Positions 25,800-37,265 of a stretch of DNA of 46,134 bases are shown here, piece after piece. Under the pieces are notes generated by a model, which saw nothing but the letters and a program-made list of their open reading frames with translations, was not told the origin of the DNA and searched no databases. Numbering within the stretch: position 1 is the stretch's first letter; every line of letters begins with the position of its first letter. The DNA comes from Octopus bimaculoides (lineage: Eukaryota), in assembly GCF_001194135.2 (NCBI RefSeq), contig NC_068985.1, forward strand, positions 19,008,094-19,054,227, given 5' to 3'. The translations under genes and the position numbers were made by a program.

Positions 25800-26380
25800 T
25801 TTCATTTCTTGAAATGTTGGTATGAATTCTAAAACCATCCATTTGTGCAAAGGAGCACATGAGAGTTGCAACAGATACAAATTTGAGGAGGTACTGACAA
25901 AGTGGTTTATCAATCAACAATCCTTTGGTAACAACATCCATAGCATAGAAATTCATAATGCTACTGCTAAACTTGCTAACCATATGGACATCAAGAATGT
26001 TCTGGCAATTTAGAAATCACCAGACCATTTGGGTAGAGGATAAATGATTTAATTAACTGTGAAGGGCTCTTAACTTTCCAAGTGTATAACATGAATAGAG
26101 CTGGTTTTTATTGGCAATTGCTGCTCCAGACTACCCAAGCTTTTAAGAAAGAAATTGCTACACCTACTTGTAAATTTTGTAAATTAAGTAAAGAATGCTT
26201 TTTGTTGGCATAGTGTTATATGAATGTAGATGGTATGCAACTTTTAAAGTTAATGGTTGCAGTGAAATCAGTGCATCTACAAGTTTTGAAAGACATAAAG
26301 TACTGGCTATTTTATTGTTTCTTCTGTTTGAGCAATCCAGTTGCATGCAGATTAATCAGCAGAATGGTTAGACATGACCT
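25800..26380 (+). mobile_element. Decayed pogo/Tigger-family transposase remnant
   Basis: EEVLTKWFINQQSFGNNIHSIEIHNATAKLA (CENP-B-type HTH-like), then INDLINCEGLLTFQVYNMNRAGFYWQLL (cf. QIYNADETGLFW) and CYMNVDGMQLLKLMVAVKS (cf. CxNAxG..KLLxIGKS). Confidence 0.72.
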
Positions 26381-26769
26381 ACAAATCTGTTGTTTCAGTT
26401 ATACAATAACTCCTTCTAACTGAAGATCCAACAGTACACTTCAGTGATGAAGCTTACAATATGACAGTTTGGATCTGTTGTATTCTCTCCACTGTCCACT
26501 CTATTTCTATAAGTTTGTAGATTCCCATGGCCACAGTAGAAGTGTGCAAGGTGGACTTGGCCAGAGCATGACAGCTGCTGTTTTTCTGTTTTCATGGGAA
26601 ATTGGAAATGGAGGACATTGGTTACATGATGGTAACACTCATTTACAACTATCACATGTGTCTGGGATTAATGGGGATACTGATGTTGCAGCTGTTTCTG
26701 TGTGTATGTGCTGAGCTTGAGTTGAGTGAGGGAGATAGAATTTTTAGATTGATGGTAGATTGTTGTATC

Positions 26770-27960
26770 TGTGTCTGGATGTGTGTGTATGTGTGTGTGG
26801 GGGGTGCTGATTCTTCATGTATTGGCAGAGACTGTGATGGTTGGTGTATGTTGTTGCAATAAACAATGCACCTTGCATGTCTTGATGTATTTTTGTTTTT
26901 AGTATTATTTTGTCAGGATAATGTATGATGTACTGTTTTGTGTATTTCATAGTTTAGAGTGTCATTTGGGTGGCATAGTTCATGATGGATCTAATGTATG
27001 TCATGTATACATTATTGTTTTAGTTTATTTCTGTTGACCAAATGTCATACCTGTGATTGCTCTCAGTATTTGCATGGCTTTGATTTCTTTATTAGGTCTT
27101 ATGTAGATTCTGTGACTAATGTGGAATTGTTATAGCTTTTTGATATTTTGGTTTTCTGTATATATGTGTGGAATATGTTTGTTGAGTGTGATTGTTTTAC
27201 ATGATGTTTCCTGGCATTGCTAATTATAAAGGGAGACAGTGGATTTGGTAGGTTCTACTTTTAAGTGTGTTGTTTTGGAGCCAGGGTTCTAGGAGATTGA
27301 TGCCATTGCAATTGTTCAATTGTGTTTATAGAATGGTAGGACAGCGCCAATGTGATGTCTTCTATGTTTTAAGGAGGTATGGGAAATTGCAATTTTTGGA
27401 ATAGTAGGAAGGATCTGGTAAGAAGTTTACTAGCCAACTTTTTGAATTGTTTAAAGGAGTTGACAAAACGTTAATGATGTCTGGGGTAGTTAGATTGGTG
27501 CAGGTGAGATGTTGAGGTGCCTTTATGCAGTTATGTATATAACATGCAATAATTAGCAGTCAAGTCCCCTTCAAATCTTACCCTATTTGTGTTAAAGGCT
27601 TGCCTTTCAAAGTCATTGCTTTGTACTTCCCCACCCCAATCACTTTATAAGGTGTTAAACAAATTTCGTATTTATCCGTTTGTTCAACCATGATTTGAAT
27701 TTCAGTTGAATTGTTGTTTATCATGGGAGACTGAATCTATTGTAGCCTACTACTTGCTTTGGTGTTATTACCGCCTGACTCTGTGTCGCCAGTGGCATTG
27801 ATGTTGTTGTTAATGTACCATGTCATGATTTACTGTTTTGTTTGGGATATGTTTGTTAGTCTGCATTGAATCAGACAATTCAGTTTTGTAGATAATAGTT
27901 TGCTTGTTGTTGAAGTGTTTTGGGGCTTTTGTCAAATTTATGATGACTGTTATTCCTATG
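26770..27960 (-). mobile_element. Decayed LINE RT fragment (I/Jockey group-like), with a probable insertion at ~27540-27760
   Basis: Minus-strand motifs in order: IINLTKA (cf. DLSKAFD, ~27920), EDITL (cf. YADDITI, ~27355), LEPWLQNNTL.KVEPTKST (~27255-27295), QILRAITGMTFGQQK and IRSIMNYA (~26985-27080). Confidence 0.68.
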
Positions 27961-28784
27961 TTTTCAACCTCTGCTTAAAACTTTTACATTTAGACACATA
28001 TTATAAACATGCGTCATGTAACTTGTGTAAAGGTGGTAACTCCACTTTGTATTGCAGTTATAATAATGTTTAGGACAACAAAAACTTAGGGTCTGAATGT
28101 TTCATTCATTTACTTATTTATATATGATTTTAAAGAAATGGCGACAGTCTGTGATAGTTTTGATGAATTTTAATTGCAATTTAAAGTTATTCATATCTTG
28201 AGATTTCTTTGAAGGTTTTTCTTTTATGCCATTGTGTGACATTATTACACACTAATGTTTAGATTCTTTTTTTAGACATGTTCCTATGAATTCATACCTA
28301 AAGTTGAAGCTCAACTCTGGTATAGTCTTCATCTAAATGGTTATTAAAGATGTTCTTTTACTGGTCTTCTCTTTGGATTGCTATTATTCTGGGATATCAT
28401 CATCAAGAGTTATATTGACTCCAGTTTGTAGCTTTTTTTTCTTTTTTTAGCTTCATGTCTATGGCTGGATGCTCTTAGTAACACCAACCACTTCATAGAG
28501 TATGTTGGATGCATTTTATTGTGCTACTAACACTAATGAGGTTGTCATGTATTTGACAATCTTGAAAGGTCCTCTCAGTTCTGTTATCTCTGCTTCTTTG
28601 CCAGTCAGGTTGTAGTGTTTGTGTGTTTTTGTCTGTATATTTGCAGGTGTGTATGTATCAGTGTGTGTGTCTTTGTATCACATGATGTCAAGACAAGGAG
28701 ACAGTAACAATCATGTACATACACAACCATTCATGCATGCAAGCATGTCCTCTATGTCCCTTTCTCAGCTGAGAGAACTTATTC

Positions 28785-28993
28785 ATAGGGCCACGTAAAA
28801 GTGCCTGTGCCAGTGACATGGTAAAAGCACTTAGTCCACTTTGTAAAGTGGTTGGTATTAGAAAGGGCATCCAGCCATAGAAATCCTGTCAAAACAGACA
28901 GATGGAACCCAGGCAGCCCTCTAGATGGACAGCTCTCGTCGAACCATCCAACCCATGCCAGAATGGAGTATGGATGTTAACTAATGATGATGA
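28785..28993 (+). mobile_element. Type B SINE 3' portion
   Basis: GTGGTTGGTATTAGAAAGGGCATCCAGCCATAGAAA..CCATCCAACCCATGCCAGAATGG..GATGATGA. Confidence 0.8.
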
Positions 28994-29056
28994 CACACAC
29001 AATGGGATATTTTCAGATTCTGTCTTCCAAATCCACTCCCAAACTTTAGTCAGCCT

Positions 29057-29380
29057 CTCCTGGAAACTGTTCAGAGACGTGCAATCAAGTGAATACCCTC
29101 CATCAGGCATCTACCATACTCTGAATGCCTTGCTTCCCTGGGCATAGATATACTGAAGCTCCGACGTCTGGCAACTGACTTGGTAAACACCTCCAAGGTT
29201 ATTAACCATTGTGCCAACAACCACTTCGAGCCCTTTTTGAGCTCTGTGTCTAACACATGTAGGTATGCCTACAAAGTCAGAAAACAACACAACTCCCAGG
29301 ACTTTCGGAAACATTTTTTCACACTCACATTTGCTGAAGCATGTAACAAACTACCTGCATCAGTTGTTAGTTGACATCTT
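29057..29380 (+). mobile_element. 5'-truncated CR1-type LINE 3' end
   Basis: LLETVQRRAIK*IPSIRHLPYSECLASLGIDILKLRRLATDLVNTSKVI...RKHFFTLTFAEACNKLPASVVS matches the CR1 ORF2 C-terminus (LExVQRRA..Y.ERL..L..RR..DL..RK.FF..WN.LP..VV). Confidence 0.85.
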
Positions 29381-29442
29381 CTGTCTTCTTTTCGGATCCT
29401 TTTTCTTATTCTTTATTGTCATCTGTTTTGTTTAATAATAAT

Positions 29443-29654
29443 CTTTTCTACTCTAGGCACAAGGCCCAAAACTTTTAGGTAAGTTGGGCAGTCGATTAGA
29501 TCGACCCAGTATGCAACTGGTATTTAATTTATCAACCCTGAAAGGATGAAAGGCAAAGTTGACCTCAGTGGAATTTGAACTCAGAACATAAAGACAGATG
29601 AAATACCGCTAAGCATTTCACCCAGCGTGCTAATGTTTCTGCCAGCTCACTGCC
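29443..29654 (-). mobile_element. Complete tRNA-derived SINE with a 19-bp target-site duplication
   Basis: Minus-strand head GGCAGTGAGCTGGCAGAAAC..GAGTTCAAATTCC. TGTTTTGTTTAATAATAAT is duplicated at 29424-29442 and 29655-29673. Confidence 0.9.
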
Positions 29655-30130
29655 TGTTTTGTTTAATAATAATAGTAACATAATTGTTATTGTATTTGTA
29701 GAAGTTGGGTTTGGGTATAAAATATTCCATTATCTCTTCCAGACAGTAACACAAACTGATGTAAAATTTATTACTTTTGAGTTTTATTAACAGCAGAAGT
29801 GGGGAATGACTACAGCAGAACTACATAATATTGACTAGCAGAGGGAAGTTTTTTGGTTTCTGTAATATATTTTGACTTACATAAAATTATCAATATTTTT
29901 TCCTCTCGTCTTCACCAATCAGTTTACATAACTTTGAAAGTAATAGTCACTGTCATCAGCTGTTTTTCTAATGCTGGTATTATTTGGATGATTCACACAG
30001 CATATCTGTATGGTATTTATTTGTGAATGCCCTTCCTATTGTGAACCGAGTAGCTTTATCATGCCACTAGTACATGAAAGGACAGGACAGGACTAAAATA
30101 TTTCCTCTACCCTATATCAAATTTTTATTC

Positions 30131-30290
30131 ACAGGTTGGTGTTGGGAAGGGGATCTAGCCATAGAAACCAATTGAGAATGAAATCTGTGTTGAAGATGTG
30201 GTCTTCTGACTCACTAAGAAGTACAGTAGTGGCCATCCAACCCATGCTGGCATGGAAAGCAGATGTAAAACAAAAATAATGTTGATGAGT
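30131..30290 (+). mobile_element. Type B SINE 3' portion
   Basis: GGTTGGTGTTGGGAAGGGGATCTAGCCATAGAAA..CCATCCAACCCATGCTGGCATGGAAAGCAGATGTAAAAC. Confidence 0.72.
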
Positions 30291-30644
30291 TACTACTCCC
30301 TTAGATTGTGTAAATACCATTTGTACAGTTCACATAATTTCTATTCATTTTCTTGGGTCATCATCACCGTGTGCTTCTTTCCATATTGGTATGTGTCAGA
30401 TGAGTCTTCAAGTAGTGTTTCGCAGCCAGACCTTAACTTTGTAAGCTGTTTTATCCTGAGTAGGACATTCCCTTTATTACTCTTTTTGGGGCACAAACAG
30501 TGTTCAAGTGTCAGTGTGAAGACCTGCAATGAGACCAACCCCAAAATTGCAGTGTTTTGAACCAAACTTCTTAATCACACAGTTATTGAGATAGAATGTG
30601 AAACAAGCCCATGGACAGGACCTGACCCACATTTCTATGGTCCT

Positions 30645-30830
30645 TATCATGTAATATCCTTGTTTCATGCTAGTATGGGTTTTCTATTGTTTGACAGCAT
30701 CTGATGGGTTCAAAAACTGCACCATGCCCCAGTGTCTGTTTTGACATGGCTTCTACAGCTGGATACACTTAACACCAACCACTTGACAGCGTATACTGGG
30801 TGGTTGTATATACTAGTGAGGTAGCCATGC
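30645..30830 (-). mobile_element. Decayed type B SINE 3' portion
   Basis: CATGCTAGTATGGGTT..TTTTGACATGGCTTCTACAGCTGGATAC..CACCAACCACTT. Confidence 0.65.
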
Positions 30831-30917
30831 AGCTGACATGACTATGAATCTTGTGGGGTGGGGTGGGGCAGTATAATGTTGAATATCATTTTAGAGTTGA
30901 AAATATTTGCAGTTATC

Positions 30918-31316
30918 TTTTATCTTTTACTTGTTTCAGTCATTAGACCGTGGCCATGTTGGGGCACCGCCTTGAACTTTTAGTCAAATGAATCAATCCC
31001 AGTACTTCTTTTTTTAAGCCTTGTACTAATTCTGTCAGTCACTTTTTGCCAAACTGCTAAGTTACAGGGATGCAAACACACCATTATCAGTTAAGTGGTG
31101 GTGGTGGTGGGACAAACACAGGCAGAACGATACACATAGACATACATACATACATACATATATACAACAGGCTCTCAGTTTCCATCTATCAAATCCTCTC
31201 CCAAAGCTTTGGTCAGCCTGAGGCTATTGCAGAAAACACTTGCCCAAGGTGCCATGCAATGGGACTGAACTTGGAACCTTGTGGTTGGGAAGCAAGTTTC
31301 TTACCATACAGCCACA
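30918..31316 (-). mobile_element. Full-length type A SINE
   Basis: Reverse complement is colinear with 10297-10789. Confidence 0.88.
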
Positions 31317-31603
31317 ATTCATAGTTTTTTTCTCAAATGTAATCAGTAAAGCGGTTACTTGGTAAGAAGCTACTACATGGTTTGGATCTCTTCATTGAAT
31401 CTGTCTTTTTAGCCTAATTTAATTTGTGCCTCTTATATCATTTTGAAAATCTTAACTAATTCATGTAATTAATTATTAGTTTGATAATTATTGTGTTACA
31501 ATAAATTGTTTCCATGATTGATTTCAATTTGTTTGTTTTTAGTTCATAGTATCAATCATCTGTAGTGAAGCATACATATGACACTTGTAGCATTAGTTGG
31601 CTC

Positions 31604-31830
31604 CCTCTCTCTGTCTCTCTCTCTGTCTCTCTGTCTCTCTCTCTGTCTCTCTGTCTCTCTCTCTGTCTCTCTGTCTCTCTCTCTGTCTCTCTGTCTCTCN
31701 NNNNNNNNNTGTCTCTCTGTCTCTCTCTCTGTCTCTCTGTCTCTCTCTCTGTCTCTCTGTCTCTCTCTCTGTCTCTCTCTCTGTCTCTCTGTCTCTCTCT
31801 CTCTCCTCTCTGTCCCCCCCCCTCTCTCTC
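31604..31830. repeat. Compound (CT)n/(CTGT) microsatellite with an N gap; source of the spurious SLSV/RERD ORFs
   Basis: Directly visible. Confidence 0.95.
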
Positions 31831-32346
31831 AAACCAGAACCCACTTTAAACCCTATCTTAGTCACTTTGATAAAGATGTGTAAAGTAAAGATGATTATTT
31901 TAGATATGCTGGGAAAATGATCAATCTGACATTATATCAAGGATATAGTTACAAAATATTTTTACAATCTATTTTAGAGAAGACTGAACAAGTTTTTATA
32001 AAATTTAATAGGTTTAGTAAAGTTCTATCTATAGATGTAACCTGTTAAACTATGATCTGATTACTTTATCACAGGCAATTTTGTAATGCTTGTCTATTTT
32101 GCATAACTTCTAATTCACTGCATTTTGTTAATAATTTCTCTTCAGTTTTATTCATCTAGTTTATAAGCCTGTGTTATGGTAGTTTTATAAAAAACAGACA
32201 TTAAACCAGTGATGAAGAGGATGATAATTTCATGCTGCTCATCTAGTGTGACCAGTGGTATACAGCTCATTTCTTCTATAGTTGTTTATGTTAATCAACT
32301 TTCAGTGCCTATCTTCTGCTATCATACATCACATTACTGACACAGA

Positions 32347-32347
<1 letters not shown>

Positions 32348-32398
<51 letters not shown>

Positions 32399-32535
32399 NN
32401 NNNNNNNNNNNNNNNNNNNNNNNNNNNNATATATATGGAGCCTGGTGTTACCATCCAGTTTCACCAGTCCTCAGTCAAATAGTCCAACCCATGCTAGCAT
32501 GGAAAGCGGACGTTAAACGATGATGATGATGATAT
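32348..32535 (+). repeat. (TA)n array with N gap, followed by a well-preserved type B SINE tail
   Basis: The tail CCAACCCATGCTAGCATGGAAAGCGGACGTTAAACGATGATGATGATG retains its CpGs. Confidence 0.85.
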
Positions 32536-32760
32536 ATAATACAAAAAATATATATGCATGTATACACACATATATGTATATACTTTCATCTACATGTGTA
32601 TATAGATGCATATCAGGGTACAGGACGTTAGAACAATGAACTACAGACAACGGAATGAACACCTAGGAAAACAGAAAGCCACTTGGAATTATTCATCAGC
32701 TGCTTCTATTCTAACTCTACGTTATATATATATATATAAATACAGACATCATATATATAT

Positions 32761-34167
32761 ATGCACTTTGCTTTTCTGTCCTCTCCGTATGTATATATAT
32801 CATTCACCACTCCTCTTATAGGCATATATCATTCACCACTCCTCTTATATATATATATATATCTGTGCTGTTGTTTCCCTCTTTCCAACACTTTACATCC
32901 TCCATCATATCAGATCAACCAAAGGCCTTTTAGTTCTTGACCACAATGGATTTGTTACAATTGCAGTGTTGATTGTCTCTGCCTTGTCTCACTGGTATCT
33001 TACTACTCTTTTTGGGCTTAACTGAACTGATCCATTTTAAATATTCTATGTAGCTGTTTCTATAATTATTTTTTCCCTTTTGAAACCCTCACCTGCCACA
33101 AATTAACATCTTAAATTTAGTTGCATTCAGGCCTCTTCAGCTATTTTATTATTGAATTTTCCTAAAATTCCTTTATTGATTTGATAAAACAAATTCACTT
33201 GTGTAGAGAAACTTGTATGAGTTGATAGATTTAAATTACTTCACAGTATATATATATATATGCACACACACAAATTTCCAAAGATAGAGATGAATGTATT
33301 TTTGATCTTGACTAATTTTTTAACTCTGTAAATAGAACCTTTTATTCAGTCTTTGTTTTCTTATTGCTTATCTGATTGCAAGATATAGGACTTTTAGGGG
33401 TTGGTACATAGCTATATTTTAATGGTATAATGTAGATAAAGAAAATCTCCCTTTGATAAAACATTAGTCTATCATTGGTAAGATTCTCAGATAATGTAAT
33501 GTCTGTTCTTGACAGCTAAGTGAACTAAGACAATACAGAAATATAGAAGAAGCAAATTTGAATGTATGACCCAGGAGGATGTTATCCAGTACCATAGCAA
33601 CACAACCAAATACAATGTGGGACTTTTTATTTTTTTTCCCTAGACTTTGTCCACCACTTGATAATAGTCTCATATGAAATTTGTCATTTGTTATCTTAGA
33701 GCCTTGTTGGAAACTCATGCAATATAATTACCTATATCCATGTTACAGTGTTTACTTGTGTATAAGTTGTATTTTATACTTGATTTTAACTGAAAAAAAC
33801 TGAGGTGTGACTTACATATGGGAGCAAAGCCAAAACTATGGTGGTGAAAGATTTTGTACCAAGATTTAACACTAAATTAGAGGTACATCTTATATGTGAA
33901 TGAGACAGATGGGAATAAATATAATAGTAATCTTGTTAAATCTTATCCAGGAAGATTTTTTTCCTAACATGTTAAATTCAACTTTTGTTTTTCTTTTAAT
34001 GATTTTAAAATATAATTCTTTGTTTCTTTTATAGTTCCCAGTTCCATTTTACAATGCATTTCCATTGGGTTTTGGCAAGTTCCTGTTTATAGAGCTGTGG
34101 TAAATATTTGTTTCATAATCCTGCAGAAACGTTAACAATAAAAATCACTTATTTTGTGCATGTATGT

Positions 34168-34210
<43 letters not shown>

Positions 34211-34300
34211 GTATGTGTGCACATATATGCACTTTGCTTTTCTGTCCTCTCTGTATGCATATATCATTCACCACTCCTCTTATATATATGCACTTTCCTT
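32761..34300 (+). repeat. Two dispersed copies of a ~60-bp module, each next to a (TA)n array (32761-32849 and 34227-34300)
   Basis: ATGCACTTTGCTTTTCTGTCCTCTC(C/T)GTATG..ATATCATTCACCACTCCTCTTATA at both sites. Its 26-bp second half is doubled at 32795-32849. Confidence 0.85.
33742..33905. mobile_element. Possible decayed Tc1/pogo-type MITE
   Basis: Starts TA-CAGTGTTTACTTGTGTATAAG and has two related subterminal motifs (GAGGTGTGACTTACATATG, GAGGTACATCTTATATGTG). Confidence 0.35.
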
Positions 34301-34774
34301 CTCTTTGACCTCATGGCTTTTTTTTTTATCTTTGATGCTTATCAATGGCTGACATAACTTAGCTAAAAAAACCTGTCCATTCTTAGTGAAAATGGCTTCA
34401 GTTTTTTACTGTCTTCTTTTGTCAATCATAATGCCATTTATATTTTATGACACTCTCCTTTTTGACTACAAGTTTTATTTAGTCATTTCGCATTCATGAA
34501 TTTAGACCATAACTTGTTGGTGTGTAGCACTGGTCAGCCCTGATCAAGTAGACCAGTGGCACTTAAGCAGTCTGTTGAATCTCTTATTGCATTCTCTGAA
34601 TCTAGTCCACCACATACATTAATGTTTCTGTTGACTGAGGGCCACACAATGCACAATAACATGCAGTTTTGTATCACTAAGAAGTGCAATGTAACATTCT
34701 GGGGGTGCTGTTTCCTTCATTATCCAGTCTGCTCCTTTGTGCAGTAGGTTCTCATAATAACCACAACTGAGTTT

Positions 34775-34848
34775 GCTTAAAATGGACTGGTTGGAGTATT
34801 TCAGTTGTTGTGCTTAAAATGGACTGGTTGGAGTATTTCAGTTGTTGT
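34775..34848. repeat. Perfect 37-bp tandem duplication
   Basis: GCTTAAAATGGACTGGTTGGAGTATTTCAGTTGTTGT at 34775-34811 and 34812-34848. Confidence 0.95.
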
Positions 34849-35284
34849 TCTGCACTTATTTCCGATGTACATCCCAACACAGTGACAGAGAGGTGATGAG
34901 GTTACTGATGATGTAAGTGCTATTCTTGTGTTTATCTGGATTAAAGCAGGCAAGATAGTGATTTTAGGATGGTGTTGGACTAGTTAGTTTTCTGGAGCAG
35001 ATGTTCCTGTGTTTGAGAGTGATTGAACATATGGCAGGAATTGTGTGGGCTGAGTTTGCTTGCTGTAGCAAAAAAAACAAAAACAAAAAAAAACCCCTGC
35101 ATCCTTGATATGTCCAGGCAGTTGCTATTTTGAGTATTTTACTTTTATATTGTGTAGGTGTGCTCTGAGTGTGAAATGTGAACAGCTTGTATTTATCGTA
35201 TGTCCTTTACAGTGTATTGCAGAAAGATTGTAGGGTCAGATAGGACCGGCATAATCAGAGATGGCTATGATTTGTAGTCTAATA

Positions 35285-35360
35285 GTGCCAGTGTGTCATT
35301 GTGGTTAAAAAGCTTCCTTCCCAACCATATGGTCTTGGGATCAGTCCCACTGTGTAGCAC
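35285..35360 (+). mobile_element. SINE head inserted in Penelope element 2
   Basis: GTGGTTAAAAAGCTTCCTTCCCAACCATATGGTCTTGGGATCAGTCCCACTGTGTAGCACC. Confidence 0.7.
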
Positions 35361-36924
35361 CTGCTATGCTCACAGAGCAGTTGTTACTCTAGAATATTAT
35401 TGTAATTCCTGATCATCTCATTTTGGCATGTGTCTGGCTCTCCACTTTTGAGTTTTTCTCAATATTATAGGCTAAGGACAATCTTTTCACATGTTGTACA
35501 GAAGGTAGGAACCAAAGTGCAAATATTGTCCATGAATTTGAGTTTGCAATATACATACTTTGTGCAAGTTATGAGCACATTCCAGAAGGCTAGCTTATTG
35601 CCCTTTTCTTTTCTAGTTGCGTACTGAACTGAAGGTTTTATTGACTTGCCATGGTCCAGCAGTAGTTGTACTTCTTTCTCAGATGACCAAAGTACGAAGA
35701 TGTCATTTGTATATCTTATCCTCCTGGTTGGCTTAAGTCAGGTTGTTTTTAAAGACGTCTCTTTAAAGCATTCCATGAATATGTTTGCCATCACTGGGGA
35801 TGATGAACCAATAGCTAAGCCTTCTTACTGTCAATATTAGGATAGGCACCAATTGGAAGTATGTTTGTACACAGAATGTCAATGCAACATTTTCATCCGA
35901 TTATGTCATGATACTGCTACATTCTCCAACTGAAGGATCCAATTCCAGTTTTGATCTCTAATAACAACTGGTAGTGGCTCATTAGTAAGAATCTTGAATA
36001 CACTTACCACATCCAAATTAATCATTCTGTGAGAATGAATGAGAATATTTTTGAGTCTATAAAATGAATAGAATTCTTTATAGAAGATTGAAACTTACCC
36101 ATTAGGGTGTTGATTATATCTACAAAGGATCTGCTCAGTGATGACATGCTGTGCTGACAACTGACTGTTGGTCTTAGTGGAATATTGACTTAGAGAATTT
36201 TTGGGAAACTGTAGATATGTTGTAGCCTACTGTAATGTTGATTCAACTGTCTGTATTCATTCAATCTAAACTGATTCTTGTTCTTTTTCAGGTTTTGTGA
36301 CAGCTTTCTTTTGGTTATCACTTGTTGAATCCTTCTTTAACTTGCAGTTGCTACCTTCCCAACTAGGCTTGTCAATTTCTGAGTATTCCTATCTATCCAT
36401 TACCACTGTTGTCTTTGTCTGATATTCTTGTATCATTCTAGAATTTTTTATAACTATTTTTCCTCTTTTCTGATATTTGGTTTGGGAGGTTTGGCTTTTT
36501 CCTGTGGTTGTTTCTCTTTCCATTTCAACTCATCAGCCCTGTGTCTTATGTATTTTCAAACCTATCTTCTTTATTGGGATTATCATATCTAAATATGGAA
36601 CCCAATTGACTGTTGTTGCGAAGTTGAGACTTTTGTTTAATACTGTTTACTTAGAACTGCTTAATTGTTGTTCACTGATATCAGCAACTGCTTTCATTGT
36701 TGAACAGTGAATGTTGTAGCTGGGTCAGTCTGTTTCAAGCAGAATGAGCAAGTGATATCACAAGCAGGAAGATAACTGATAGTAGAATACTCCTGATAAT
36801 TCTGGTATAGACAGATGGAATAAAAACAATTTACCCTTATTAATAAATTGTTTGGTTTGAAATTCCAAGAATGTTTCTGTATACAATAGGCATCCAGAGA
36901 AGGTTAAAAGGTACAATGGCAAAA

Positions 36925-37265
36925 ACATTGCAACAACCCAGATTTCTCTGAGTTCAGTCCTACTGTGTGCAGCTGGGGCAAATGTCTTCTACTGTAGCTT
37001 TGAGCCAATCAGAGTCTTATAAGTGAATTTGGTACACAGAAACTGAAAGAAACCCATTATTTATGTATGTGTTTGTTTATATCTGACTTTTTACACAAGT
37101 CATTATGAACAGTGTTGTTGTTGCTGCTTCACTTGCCCACAAATTGTCCACTTGCTTTGCAACCTCAAACATGTGTAAAATAAGGGATCCCTTTGAAAAA
37201 CAGGTAAGGGTTAGCAACAGGAAGGGCATCTCATGTAAAATAATGTTTTAAAAATATATTTGTCC
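36925..37265 (+). mobile_element. Type B SINE lacking its extreme 3' end
   Basis: Head and central domain at 36925-37060, then ..AAACAGGTAAGGGTTAGCAACAGGAAGGGCATC.. It stops at GTCCG, where the LINE begins. Confidence 0.65.

Larger units (their letters stand above)
34560..36720 (-). mobile_element. Decayed Penelope-like retroelement 2
   Basis: Minus-strand motifs in order: DK.N..TVVMD, HIYSFPKIL*VNIPLRPTVS (~36160-36215), MINLDVVSVF, TFCVQTYFQ, EGLAIGSSSPVMANIFME (~35771-35825), RYTNDIFVLW (~35690-35716), KLAFWNVLI. A weaker GIY-YIG-like trace at ~34560-34700 (TRFRE) may belong to this or a separate element. Confidence 0.8.

Noticed and set aside
30341-30565. 74- and 102-aa overlapping ORFs between two SINEs
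   Set aside because: No recognisable motif in any frame I translated. Probably an old unclassifiable repeat.
31565-31920. Four overlapping 90-107 aa ORFs (SLSV / RERD repeats)
   Set aside because: Translations of a CT/CTGT microsatellite spanning an N gap.
36868-36897. Minus-strand CTGGATGCC..CAGAAACAT and plus-strand TCGAAGA..GAAAC (~13590-13615) as further hammerheads
   Set aside because: The cores are broken and stems I-III cannot be formed. At most they are unrecognisable fossils.
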